DNA of 64,000 bases from assembly GCA_047967505.1 (NCBI GenBank), contig CM106538.1. One strand, given 5' to 3'. Of this stretch, positions 13,788 to 25,700 are shown one piece after another. The stretch's first letter is position 1; each line of letters starts with the position of its first letter. The notes below the pieces were generated by a model. It saw nothing but the letters and a program-made list of their open reading frames with translations, was not told the origin of the DNA and made no database searches. Source of the DNA: Dipteris shenzhenensis. Its lineage: Eukaryota. Both the position numbers and the translations under genes were made by a program.

Positions 13788-15590
13788 ATGTCCACTACAT
13801 CTTCATATTCCATTAGCACTCAAGTCCTCTTTTCCATAGAGGAACTCAACCCCACCAATGAAGCCTCATCAGCAGTCCCGCCTTCAATCACTCCCTCATC
13901 TTCCCGCACTATTTCCACCTCCCTCTTGAATCAAGTGGAGCAGGATCCTTCCGCACAACATGCTACTCCTAAGCCTAAAACATCGGCACATCAGTCTACT
14001 ACCCGCACAATCCAAAAGTGACGTATTTTGGATACGGACGATGTGCAAAAAATTTAGAACATGTAATGTAGGTCACTTGGTTTTCTCGACTCGAGCAGGA
14101 ATGGCTAGAGCAGCTCCAAGGCATAGTTATCCATTCCTAGTACAAGTGCACTGCTAAGGACTAGTAGCATATACTACCACAACACTAATGCTTATCAAGC
14201 TCGTCAGGATCCTAATGTGGTACCCTTGATCCAGGCAATCACATTACATATAGTGCCTAGTAGGTTCCCTTGCCATCTTAATCTGCAGAGCAAGGAGTAG
14301 AATTTGCGGACAGGTATAATCATTCACTATCATTTCATAGTGGAAACAGTCCAATGTGCATTCAGGCTCCCCATCATCTCCCAATCATTTGCAAAATTGA
14401 GGAATATGGAGAACCGATTTGCTAGGGTATTCAACCACAATACTAAAGTTCATAGGGGTGGTGTCCCTCCAAAACATACCATTGGAAAAAGCAGCTTGGG
14501 CAGCCACTCTCTCGCCCAAATTCAGTTAACAGAGCATCATAGCGTGGTGCTACCTAATCTATTGGCCCACCTCCACGAACCTGAAGAAACCAATTGGGCA
14601 GACTTCTTTTACAGGGAACTAGTTGACATCTGCACTCATGGGGAGAAAATAGGCAATCCAATGTTCAACACGTCCATCATCCACTTGTCCAATGATTCTA
14701 TTCTAGAAGGATATGGTGATGTAGCAAGAGATGCCAACAGGGCCAAGATGAAGTAGCTGCTAAGAGGTACCAAGATGAAGAAGCTGCCAAGCGACAACAA
14801 GAGGAGGCAGAAGCTAAAAGGCTCTGAGATGAGGAAGCAATAAAAAAGAGGCAGGATGACCTTTTTCAGCACAATAAGAAGAGCTCCAAAGGATCAGAGA
14901 GGAAGAAACCTACAAGAGAGAGGTAGAAATGTATAAAAGCTCCACAGGGAATGCCAGCTAAAAAGGCCCGTTGGGGAACGGAGAGGATATTATTGATCTG
15001 ACACAAGAGCCCTACGAGCCGAATCCTCTACCATAGCCAAGGCAACTAGCACAAAGCCCCGTACAGTAGCCACTACTAGGGCCTTCTTACCGCCCAATGT
15101 CTATCAGCAAGCTCTACAATTTTGTACCTCTAGCTCATACCAATCCGTTGAAGGCTACCATAGATTAATGCTTATAGACAATCAAACGAGCAAAAGGGGC
15201 TTACTTTTCTTGAATCCATTACGGCCATGACAGTAGCTACAAGAAACATCCTAGCAAGGAGGCAAGAGTTTTCAATATGCCAAAACATTACAGTAGTCAA
15301 AGCCAACATCAAGCTCTAGGAATCAGAAAAAGCCCTGCAGAAAGAGAAGGCGGTCCAACTAGTAGTGGAGGCCAATGGATTGAAGGCCATAGAAATTGGA
15401 AAACACTTTGAAAGGGAGCTACTATAGACACAAGAGGAGGTGGCGCTCACCCAAGGATACCCTCGATGTGAATTATGAGGCTCTACAATGCTAGGCGACC
15501 ATGGATCAAGAATAGTATGCCAAGGCCCAAGAGGAGAAGCATGCGCTAGAAGTTAGGCTGGTGCTTACAGGCCTAGTTAATTGAAAGGCT
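13788..15590 (+). pseudogene. Decayed accessory ORF (ORF2/env-like; globular part followed by coiled-coil)
   Basis: TATA box tatataaa at 13670, ATG at 13788, Ser/Thr-rich N-terminus, FIVETVQCAFRLP and TNWADFFYRELV, then E/K/Q/R-rich broken frames. Confidence 0.55.
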
Positions 15591-15599
15591 ACATGTAGT

Positions 15600-17454
15600 C
15601 ATCTAGTAAATGGCAACAATAGATAGTATCCATACAAACGGATCTGCATGTAGCATGGGCATCCACTCCGCCACAGTTGGAGAGCCTGGGAATCTCCATG
15701 AATGGCTACTGGAAGCGTCATCCTGTGCCTCCACACTTTGCTTCACCCCACACATAGTTGAAGACACCTTCAAGAATTTTTCCAAACCATCTTTGCCATT
15801 GCACTACCACACAATATTGATTTTGATGACACACTCACACTACACGACTTAGAAGAAATCTTCAACCGCACGTCTACTCAAGCACACCCACTTATAGACA
15901 TGGCCTACTTCCATAAGAATATAGTCCTTGACGAGGATCCGGACATTCTCACAATTGTCTACTGCCCACTTGTCTAGAATTTTATGGCATGTGTGAGAGT
16001 GCTGCAGGACTCCTTAATCTTCACTAATGATACTCCTATGCTTGAACTTGTCAAGCCACATGCCTTAGAAGACCTACCTTGCAACCTTGAAATTCTATGC
16101 TGAAGCTTAGAATGGATGCAAGGGTATGGCCAGAGTGATGCCAAATTCATTTTCAACCACCTTTTTTGTACTGGTAGCAAACGATATCTCCTACATGCAT
16201 TATAGTTCTATCTCAATTCTATATAATAATATCCTCGAAACCTTGAGGAAAATGATTCAAACCGGGATAAGCCAATTTGACGATTCTCATGTGGCATACC
16301 CCACTAATATAAGGGAAGAGGATATAGATACGGCTTGGACACTCTTCAGCTCCGTAGTGTAGCCAACATCCCCTCATAACCTGACATCACTCCTAGCATT
16401 GACCCCAATTCCACTATCATTGCCACCGGCCAACCATCACAGTCATCTGCCTCACAACACGGCACAACAACAACCGGTCAACTAGAAGGGATCCGAAGAC
16501 ATGGGCACAACTACATCGTACAAGATCATCAAGCCCATTCTCTTCCTAGACATAGGGCCATTTGAGGAGGAAGGCCAAGAAGAGGTTGATGAGCACCACC
16601 ATGAAGAGGAGGACCAACAGCCCCAAGAGATCACTCCCAACCACGATACTTGGTACTTGGCAATCGCGTCTCTTTGCACGGTCGAGGATGTTGCAGACAT
16701 CAATAGGTAGAAAGGCAAGATTTAGAGCTTTCACCTAAGCTGCAAGGACATCATGAAAGTATGAGAAAGAGGAGCTTCCAAAAATGTTGACAACAGAATA
16801 CGTGACAAACAAGGGGTGGTTATAACAGGCCTGATTATAATCAAATTCTCCAAACAGATACAGATGTAGGTCTCTAGACACGATGGAGGGTCCCCTTTTT
16901 TAAACATGCAGCATTTTGGAGGACTTATTGTTGCAGAGGCCTGAAACAACGCATCGATCCTACGTATATGCCTCTACGCAACCGATGGAGCTGGCCAAAT
17001 TTTGAACTGGATGAAGGAAATTGATCCGAATATTGCTTACAGCTTCCCAAAGTTTGATTTTTTGGGAGTTGGGTCATTCTTGGCATTGGCGGCAGCTCAA
17101 ATGGAGGAGTTTAACACTACCTTCACCTCGGTCCCCAATCCTGCAGTCATTGCCTTGATGCACTTTTTTAGGCTACTGATCATTTTGGTTCGGGACATAC
17201 CTACACTAGACCGGCCAGCAAAAGAAAATCATCGACGACTCTGGGCTAAAAATATTTTCAATTTAAATGAGGGGCCCTTATTCCCTCAAGTAATGCGCAT
17301 GTACATCCATGTTCGCGATTTCCACGGTTATCATATTCAGACCGTTGAAGATATGTTTGAGACACATTTTTGGAAGCTGCTCCACCCATTTTGCCGAATC
17401 TCCCACTGGACCTTCGACTGCCAGTACAGAATAATGAACAATGCCCTAAAGTAG
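15600..17454 (+). pseudogene. Further decayed ORF(s) of unknown function before the purine tract
   Basis: Protein-like broken frames, including a 150-aa open segment (17002-17454) and an acidic stretch (16560-16630). No family recognised. Confidence 0.4.
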
Positions 17455-17899
17455 GACATCATGCACCGGACACAATCCATGGATGGAGATTGAACAAGAA
17501 GGGAGGCACGTTAACCACCACAACGGTTAATAGTTCATATGTTGTAGTGACAAAGCATAGATGTAGGAGAGGGTGTGAGGATTAGAATATGCTATTTGCC
17601 TTGGAGTTGTATGGGCCCAAGTGTTTGCAATATGAGAATGAGAGAGGTGCAAGAGAGTATGAGGGTTAGCCCTCCCTTCAAAAGGTGGAATGTATTTAAG
17701 GCCATAAGTTTGTTGACCTCGGTCTTCATTGCAACATTGGGAATAGAAGCTCTCTCTTTCTCTACATTCTCTCGCACTTGAGTCTTCTTGTTTCCATTGC
17801 TAGCTGCCTTGTGATTGCCACTATCCCTCTTCATCATTCCCTCCCTCTCTCTTCACTCTTGTGGAATCTCTTCTCCCATTTCCCTTCTGCTCTCCCTCC

Positions 17900-19390
17900 C
17901 TCTCTCTTCACTCACATGGAATCACTTAAACACAATCTTGTAGATGCTTGCATGACACAAGTGCGAAGCTCGTGCATACAAAGCTCCCACAAGGAGTTGC
18001 TCGGGAGTAGAGACTCCATCGGCATTCTTCATGACATGTGAGTCATTGTTGGACTACACAGTACATGTTGTATAATAATTTCCCTCGTATTCCACCCAAG
18101 AGGAAGACCATGCCAACGTTTAAACTTAGTCTTCAACTTATCAAGGAACCCGTTGAATAGTTGACTCAACATTAAACCCACACCTAGAGGGGCACGCAAG
18201 TATCTGATAAGCTCCCCATGTTTCACCACTCGCATGTGGAGGTCAATTAACCAGCTGGGAGGGGTATTCAAACTAGCTGTGGAGAGCAAAGCTTTTATGA
18301 AGGTTGCATTGCAAATCGGAAGCCAGACAAGAGTCTTTCAGAATATTGAAGCTAGACAAAAGTCCTTCAGAATATTAAAGAGGGTTTCAACATTGCACCG
18401 CGTGTAAACACCACTGTGTCATATGCGAACAGCTAAGAGGCTGCATGTTTCTCGGATGGAATAACCACCCCTTTGAAACTCCCAACCTCTACCACAGACT
18501 TGATCATATGCATGAGAGGGACGGATCTTATAGCAAAAAGGAGCAGGGCCAAAGGAGCGGGGCCAAGGGACATCCTTGACAGATGGACCACTTCAACTCG
18601 AACCTACCCATAGCCCCCCCCATTTAGACAAAGAACTACAATAGCATCCTCGAATAGAGACTCTACTATGCGATAGAACTCATGGCCAAATCCTTGCCTC
18701 TCTAGCACCATTATCAAGAAGTCCCACTGAATCCCATCATATGCCTTACCTAAGTTGAACCCAAACAAAAATACCTTTTGACCCGACTCACAAGCATAAT
18801 CTAGAGCAAGAGAGAGACGTTGAGAGTATTCTCGAATATGTTCCGGCCTTTCACAAAGTCACCTGTCTACCACACTCATGTAGAGATCCCTAACTTTGAT
18901 GGCGATCGCCTTGGCTATAATCTTATAAGAGGTATTCACCATTGTGATTGGCCTATAGTCACCTACCTTATTCGGTTAGGCTTCTTAGGAAAAAGTTTAA
19001 CCAAACCTGTGTTGACGTCTTTAGAGAGGGATCCACAGGCCATAGCTTCGTTGGCCATATTAGCTAGACCTTGACTAATAAGGTTCCATAATTGCTTAAA
19101 GAATTCAAGGGTAAATCCATCTGGTCTTGGAGCTTCATCCGGCTTCATCTCCTCCTCTAGCTCATCCTTGGGAAATGCTCTTGCCAGGCAAGCTTGCTGT
19201 GATAATCTGAGACACGGAACTCTAGGTTTGCAAGGACTCTTTCCATGCATTCATGCCATTCTGCGCTCTGTACAGTGTCTTCCCCCACTATTTTACTTAA
19301 CTCCTGCTGAAACACTTTTTGCCACATGCAAGAATTCCGTCTCCACATTGCCTTGAGCATCCATTATTTTATCAATGCATTCTCTTTCTT
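17900..19390 (-). mobile_element. L1/Tx1-type LINE reverse transcriptase fragment
   Basis: Ordered motifs EAPRPDGFTLEFF, DYRPITMVNTSYKIIAK, QGCPLAP, LFAYDT (FADD-like) and YLRAPLG. Confidence 0.9.
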
Positions 19391-19395
19391 GTTTT

Positions 19396-19481
19396 CATAC
19401 TATATGAAAATGAGAGTACATAATATCAATTGCAAGCTATATTGCGATTGATATTATGTACTCTCATTTTCATATAGTATG
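19396..19481. repeat. 40-bp inverted repeat with 6-nt loop
   Basis: Arms 19396-19435 and 19442-19481 are reverse complements with one difference, which is a G:U pair on the + strand. Confidence 0.97.
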
Positions 19482-20062
19482 CAGGTTCCATCTTACAAAA
19501 ATGCTATCGCAATCTTGCTTCTGAACAATTACTATGATGTCTGCCACATGTCCAAGATCTATACATAAGTTCTTAAATTCTAGCTCCATCTATTTTTTTA
19601 AATAATTAAAGAAAATAATAGGCATATCCTAGTGCCAACTTTGGTATTCACCCCCACAAATTTAATCCGTGCATTGTATTCGAATTTTAAAGCTAGTAAG
19701 GCATCATGAGATACTTTTTCATGATTTCTCTATTTGAATAAAATGCTATTGTCATTGAAAATTATCATGATGTGTTTGGAATGCTCACTTACATATAAGT
19801 ATGTTTTATGATGCTTTTGACATTTTTAATAATGTTTCAAAGGATTCTTTCAGCTCCCTCATCCACTCGAAATTGCTTGCACCATGCACACCCACCTTGC
19901 AAGAGTGTAAGCTCCCCATAAGAGAGTGCAAGCTTGCCCCCCTTCCCCCACCCCACCCTACCCCACCCCCTTCCCCCCCACCTCTTCTCTCTCTCTAGGT
20001 GCACATGAGGCCCATAATAAGGCAAGATACTATATTGTGCTCTCAATTATGATGATTAAGTA

Positions 20063-20153
20063 TCTTACTTTCAAATGATCAATACAAGTTTGTCTTACTT
20101 TTAAATGATCAATACAAGTTTTATCTTCGTTTTTAATGATCAATACAAGTTTT
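20063..20153. repeat. Three tandem ~30-bp units (tcttactttyaaatgatcaatacaagttt)
   Basis: Directly visible. Confidence 0.9.
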
Positions 20154-21123
20154 TGTAACAATAAGACATATAATGATATAGAAACTATTCTTTTGTTGCA
20201 CCAGTTTATCGATTGAGGTCTTCTTGCACATACGAAAAAAATGGTCTAACCACATAAATCTAGGGAATATAGGTTAAAGAAACAAACACATCAACGAATA
20301 TGAAGAAGGATGGTGAACAATGATAATAATGGGTACTTTAAGATCAAGGCACATGAATTTCTATGGAGAAGGGATAATATGTTAGGACAATTTACCCTCT
20401 TAGAAAGAGACAAAGGATTGAATATGGGATTCTAGAAATGTTATGTGAGATACACCTCTTTTTGCTTGAAAGATGCTTAATGTCTTTACGGATGTACATT
20501 GGAAAATGTGTCAAATCTAGAGTCGCTTCATTTGAAAGTATATTTAAAACCTACAACATCTTCAAATCTCACACAATCTTGGTATGAGCATCGGAATGAT
20601 ACGATGAAAACAAGAACATGTGACTCAAATTTTTTTATTTGAGTGGATTAAAAATATTAGTTTGCGATTATAATATGCTGATTCTTTTACTATCCTTTTA
20701 AGAGTGATGTCTTAGAAGGTTGCTCACCAAATATGCCTTCATTTGCTTGATCACTCATGCTAACGTCTGAGACAATTAGCGAATGCTTAAAAGATGCGTG
20801 TTTTATTTCTTGAGGCCATCAAACCATGCTAACTATGAAAACAAGGAGGCACCATAAACATAGATTGGCATGGTAAAGTAAAGAATAGTAATGAAGCTAG
20901 TAAGCTTTTATACACCATTTATTATGGATGTGTCACATTCAAAATGGCTTTACCATTCATGGAAGACCTTTTACCAAAAAGTGTTGTAATAAGAGTCATT
21001 AGATCCTGCTTGTAGACTATTTTGCCCCCACTTCAACGTCATGTTAACAAGACCCCATCAACTACTTTTTTCTCATTTTTAAGAGAAAGAACAAAATTGT
21101 AGCTCCCACATCAAGATGACACT

Positions 21124-21272
21124 CTCTTTTGATGTGTGCATTAAATAGACTTGTAAGAGCATGATACATATGGATAAATCAATTTCACAAAATGATGAAA
21201 GGTTATGTGCTCTTTTTGGTGTGCATCAAACAGACTTGTTAGAGCAAGATACAGATAGATATCAATTTCATA
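21124..21272. repeat. Diverged direct duplication of ~65 bp
   Basis: ctcttttt...gacttgt.agagca.gataca...tcaatttca occurs twice. Confidence 0.8.
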
Positions 21273-21508
21273 GTGGTTGGCAAGGCATGGGAAGAGAGTA
21301 TTTTTAAGGAGACAGGAAAAAACTTGCTATGTGTAAATTTGAGTTATAGAAATGAGGAGGTGAATCATGGGGCTACATGTTCCTTTCACTATCGGGCAAT
21401 TTTAAAATTATTAAATTTAGATAGCATGTTTAATGTTTTTGGAATCATCATGCTCTCTTATTAGCTTGACCGCCAATGTAGCCTCTTAGGAAGGAAAGCT
21501 AGGCTATC

Positions 21509-21509
<1 letters not shown>

Positions 21510-21543
<34 letters not shown>
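21510..21543. repeat. (AG)n microsatellite upstream of CLASP
   Basis: Directly visible. Confidence 0.95.
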
Positions 21544-21546
<3 letters not shown>

Positions 21547-22113
21547 TTTGCAACAGCTATGTGCTCGCTCGTGACTTTTTTGTGCTTGTTCCCATCGGCT
21601 TGATAAGGGTTGTTTGTTTTGTGGTGTGATTAGACCGTGCCTACCCACCGTCGTTGAGACTAGAGAGATTAAAAGGGGTAAAAGGTGGTATGCTATGGAG
21701 GGTTTGAATTAAGGAAAAGGGGGGGGGAGGGGGGGGGGGGAGTGTGTAAGTGGGTGGATGGTGATGGCTACATGGGATGATGATGATGGTGATGATGCAT
21801 GGGATGGCATGGGGGGGTGGTTACATGTAAGGGAAAATTGTAGAGGGGAGGGGAAAAAAAAAAAGCGGAGGTCCGTTTTTTGCATTAAAAAATTTATTTT
21901 TAGGGGGGACGAGGTTGTGTTTTCAATTTGTATAAATTTTAATTGTTAATTTTTTGGAGTTGCACCAACCAACCACCACCACCACCAACAACAACAGCAA
22001 GTTTGCAGTCTTATACAAAGAACAGGAGACGGAGTAAACTTTTGATGAGAGGGGTAAATGATGAGAAATAAAATTTTTGTTATTTCCGGTTCTACTACTT
22101 CTTCTTCGTCGTC

Positions 22114-22455
22114 GTGAGTTTTTTTTTTTTGGGGTGGTGTTGTGGTGTACACTTTGGGGTTCTTATTCTTCACAAACTGCTTTCCTTTTTCCCTAACCTT
22201 CTCTCTGCTTCACTCTGCACTTTTCTTCCCACCCCATCTCCCTTTCCTCCTGCATTGCTCTCCCTCCCCCTCCCTTCCTCGTATCTCTCACCCTTTCCTT
22301 TCCCTCCTCCCCGATCCATCCAGATCGAGCTCCCCCCCCCCCCCCAACCCTACCCCCCTTCCCTCCGATCGCTCCTCTCCCCCCTCCCTCATTCCGACAT
22401 TCCCTCTCTGCCATGATCACCTCCCCTCCTCCCTTCCCCCCCCTTCCCTTCCTAG
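22114..22455 (+). other. Predicted 5'-UTR intron of CLASP (342 nt)
   Basis: Consensus donor GTGAGT at 22114, long pyrimidine tract, acceptor ttcctag ending at 22455, 74 nt before the ATG. Confidence 0.5.
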
Positions 22456-22529
22456 GGTGATGCTCAATTCCCTCCTGCTTGGCCTTTCTTCTTCTCCATT
22501 TATGGTCCTTGTTCTGCTTACCCGCCGCA

Positions 22530-22862
22530 ATGGAGGAAGCTTTAGAACTTCTTCTCTCCAAGGATACCAAGGAACGGATGGCTGGCGTCGAGAGGCTGCA
22601 GACTCTTCTTGAGCAGAGTAGACGCAGCCTCACCGCGACGGAAGTCGGAAGTCTCGTCGATGCGTCGCTGGGACTTCTGAAAGACAACAACTTTAGAGTC
22701 TGTCAGGGCGCTCTGCAGGCTCTTGCTTCCGCAGCAGCTCTGGCCAGCGAGCACTTGAAGCTGCACTTCAACATACTGCTGCCTGCGATCGTGGAGCGGT
22801 TGGGGGATAGCAAGCAACCAGTGCGAGATGCCGGTCGACGCCTTCTTCTGGCTCTGATGGAG
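22530..22862 (+). CDS. CLASP: CLASP coding exon 1
   Basis: MEEALELLLSKDTKERMAGVERL...LKDNNFRVCQGALQ...ERLGDSKQPVRDAGRRLLLALME, then gtagtt; start context gcaATGG. Confidence 0.97.
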
Positions 22863-23464
22863 GTAGTTTCCATTCTTAGTCTGCAAATTTAATCACAGAA
22901 AATATTTGATCAATTAAGGAGACCAATAGCGCTTTATTGGCATTACACAATTCGCCTGGAGCTGGTCGATTGCAGGGCTGTTGAACATCAGTTTAGACAA
23001 ACCAGATATAAAATTCAGTTATTTGTCGGCATGGGAAACGATCGAACTGTTACTTCACCAATCAACAGGGAAATGCGCGTGTCTCCGGCTTAAATTGTCT
23101 TCAGCCAGGAAGTTGTCCTTCGACACGACGCTTCGAACGCGTGAATGCGCTCGTAACGGCTTGAGGGCTCAGTTAAAGGGACAGTATGACTGCATCCGGT
23201 TGTCTCGCCCTTGAGTACAGGCTTCCATTATGCTGAGTTTTCCACAACTAATGTGATGGGGCACCGGACTTGGAGTATGCATATGGCGCGCCGCTGACCT
23301 GATATTGTTCTTTCTTTTGGAGTTCAATCAAACCTTCATGCGTATGAGAACTCTGTTCCTCAACAAACAGGCTGGATCCTGGTTGGCATAGCGTATCCTC
23401 AATAAACGGTCAGTCTGCGAGCAACATAAGGTTGGGATAGCTTTCACATGCAGATTGTAATTAA

Positions 23465-23921
23465 AATGGATCTAACGACTCGATGATGATTCTTATGGAT
23501 GTAAAAATGATATTGGAAGTGCTGCTCCTTTAGGATATCATTTATCCAATTCAAATCGGGAGGATTTCTGCCCGTAAATCACCGAGGCCCTCCCTGTAGT
23601 CTATACGGTTGCCTTTAGATGGGTGGCCATATTTGCATGGCATCAGTTCAAAATATCGTCAGGCGTGGGAGTCTGCTTGTACTATTGTGGGATCGCTGAT
23701 TCAAGAGTCAAAGAGTCGTTAGATCCATTGAAAAAATCAATGGGTCTAAATGATATTGGAAGTGCACCATGTTAATCTAACTAATTTAGATCTGGAGAAT
23801 AGATCACTGAGGCCTTTATACGATTGCTCCTCAATGGGTGGCCATATAGTTCAAGATATCTTCAAGCGTGGATCTTGATGTTGGTACTCTCGTGGGATTG
23901 CTGATTCAAGAGTCAAAGAGT
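23465..23921. repeat. Diverged ~240-bp tandem duplication; first copy bracketed by 17-bp inverted repeats
   Basis: aaatgatattggaagtgc, atgggtggccatat and gctgattcaagagtcaaagagt each occur twice. aatggatctaacgactc (23465-23481) is the reverse complement of 23713-23729. Confidence 0.8.
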
Positions 23922-24128
23922 AACGCAAGGATGAACACGGTCTTAATATGGAGATCAAGGGATCCTCTGAAGTTTTTTTACGATGAGGCAACATAGGGCT
24001 TAGTTGAACGTGTCCGGTAGTACTTGATGCAAGGATGTTCTCTTTTTATGGCACAAGTACAGCTTCACTTGCTATATTTGACAAGGGAGTTGGTGATAAT
24101 AGAACCTTTGTTGAGTTGGCTAACATAC

Positions 24129-24274
24129 GCTCCATAACACATCCCCCAAAGATGACACATGTAGTCATCTTCCACTAATCTACTTTAACGCGATTGTGTC
24201 TGCTCCATAACACATCCCCCAAAGATGACACATGTAGTCATCTCCCACTAATCTACTTTAACGCGATTGTGTCT
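24129..24274. repeat. 73-bp tandem duplication, 1 mismatch
   Basis: Units 24129-24201 and 24202-24274. Confidence 0.95.
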
Positions 24275-25099
24275 AAGTATAACCCCATGAGAGACGTCAG
24301 CCCTCAAGGCTTTCAGCAATTAGTTCCCAAGCGGCATGTATAGGCCTCGGTGTCCTGACCTTAGAACAAAGTCCCCAACCTAGGGTTGTCGTAGGTAACT
24401 CAATTCTACGTTTCGTAACAGCCCCTATGTCATGGGTGCTAATTCTTCCCATTTTGGTTTTTGGCTGTTTCTTGCTCGGTTCAGCCCGTATAAAATTTTC
24501 CTAAGGCTGCATACCTTTTCACCTGAACTTGGAACCTAAAATCCATCTGATTAGGATCCAGAAAATGAATTATCCATGATGGTCAGCCAAAGCAATGACT
24601 GCGTGTATGGTTGCCATTAATGTTGTTGGGGCAAAGGCCTGATTGATTTCTTACCCTCCGTGTGAGCGTATCCTTTGACCATGAGCCTCACCTTGTACTT
24701 ATCTAGACTCCCATCGAATTTGTACTTTGCCTTGTTCACCCACTTGGTACCTATATTTTCTTTTTGATAGGTGTTTCCAACAAGACGCAGGTGTGGTTTT
24801 TCAGAATGGCTTCAATCTCTGCCTTTGTAGCAGCCGGCCATTTTAGTACATCTTGTGTCCTTATAAGACTTGGGCTCTTCATTTTGCCGCTAGAGGGAAG
24901 CTCCAGTGTGGTCCTTTAGCACATGATGGCTCCTCACCTCCGAACTTCTCTTTCTGAAATTTGTCACTCTAAAATCCCAGAGTCTTCAGATATTAGCATG
25001 GACTTAGCGGAAATGTCACCAGCACAAGTGGTCTTCAATGACATAAATTTTCTTTCATTTAGTCTTTGGCCGGCCACCTCTGGCAAAGAAAAGAGACCT

Positions 25100-25700
25100 C
25101 TCAATACTTGGTGCTGAGAAAGAATTCATGTGGGATGGCAAGAGCTAGAAGCTCTTGGACGTTGGGAAGAGCACTAGGCAATGCTAGTCATCTTGACTTT
25201 GGCAAAACAATAGTGAGCAAGTGGGAAAACTATTCAGCACTAAAGAGAATCATGCAAAATCATTACTGAAGCATAGCCTAAAGATGATTAAGAATGAAGA
25301 TCTTGGCATTCATCTTGATGCCTTTAGTCAGTGGTGAAGTAGCTTGAAGAACTCAGTGGGAAAGTAGATGAAGATGACCTGAAAGCAATTCTATGTGCAC
25401 GATGACAGGAAGCACTCTAGAGTTACAAGGAAGGTTTAACATTACATGCCCTATCGTGAAAGAGTGGATTACACGGCAGAGAAGTGTTGGAAAAGAAGGT
25501 ATGGTGAAGACTTGAAGAGGGAAAACGAGTTAAAACCTGATGTTAAGGGCAAGGCTAGCATTGCAATTGAAGACTAACGGATGCGACAGATGTGTTATTA
25601 GCAGTTGAACAATCATCTGCTTTCGAGGATGAAGATGACCAGTATGCTTTAAAGAAATCCTCTTTGTGGGTAATGGGAATTCACTAGTTGATGGTGATAG
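25100..25700 (+). mobile_element. Highly decayed copia-like gag fragment (host of the next insertion)
   Basis: VDEDDLKAIL and a degenerate knuckle (...TAEKCWK) at 25365-25495. Confidence 0.4.

Larger units (their letters stand above)
6825..17820 (+). mobile_element. Large decayed Ty3/gypsy (Athila/Tat-like) element B, 5'-truncated, with long 3' accessory region
   Basis: Gag knuckle CSGCGVHHLYKDCP (~6825); protease ILDGRVGVS...DVILGRPF (7905-8145); RT (VDLKKVNATTRKDHY, FGLTNAP, LDDL; 8600-9600); RNase H (9600-9950); integrase (DFVGPI, YFTKWVE, SDRGTHF, GPY; 10300-11290). Purine tract gaacaagaagggaggca (~17492-17508) is followed by a probable 3' LTR. Whether 13100-17450 belongs to this element is inferred. 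Confidence 0.8.

Noticed and set aside
20300-21060. Possible ancient DNA-transposase remnant
   Set aside because: No motif or terminal repeat could be supported.
22142-22690. Pro/Ser- and Gly/Arg-rich ORFs around the CLASP start as separate genes
   Set aside because: By-products of the C-rich tract and antisense to exon 1.
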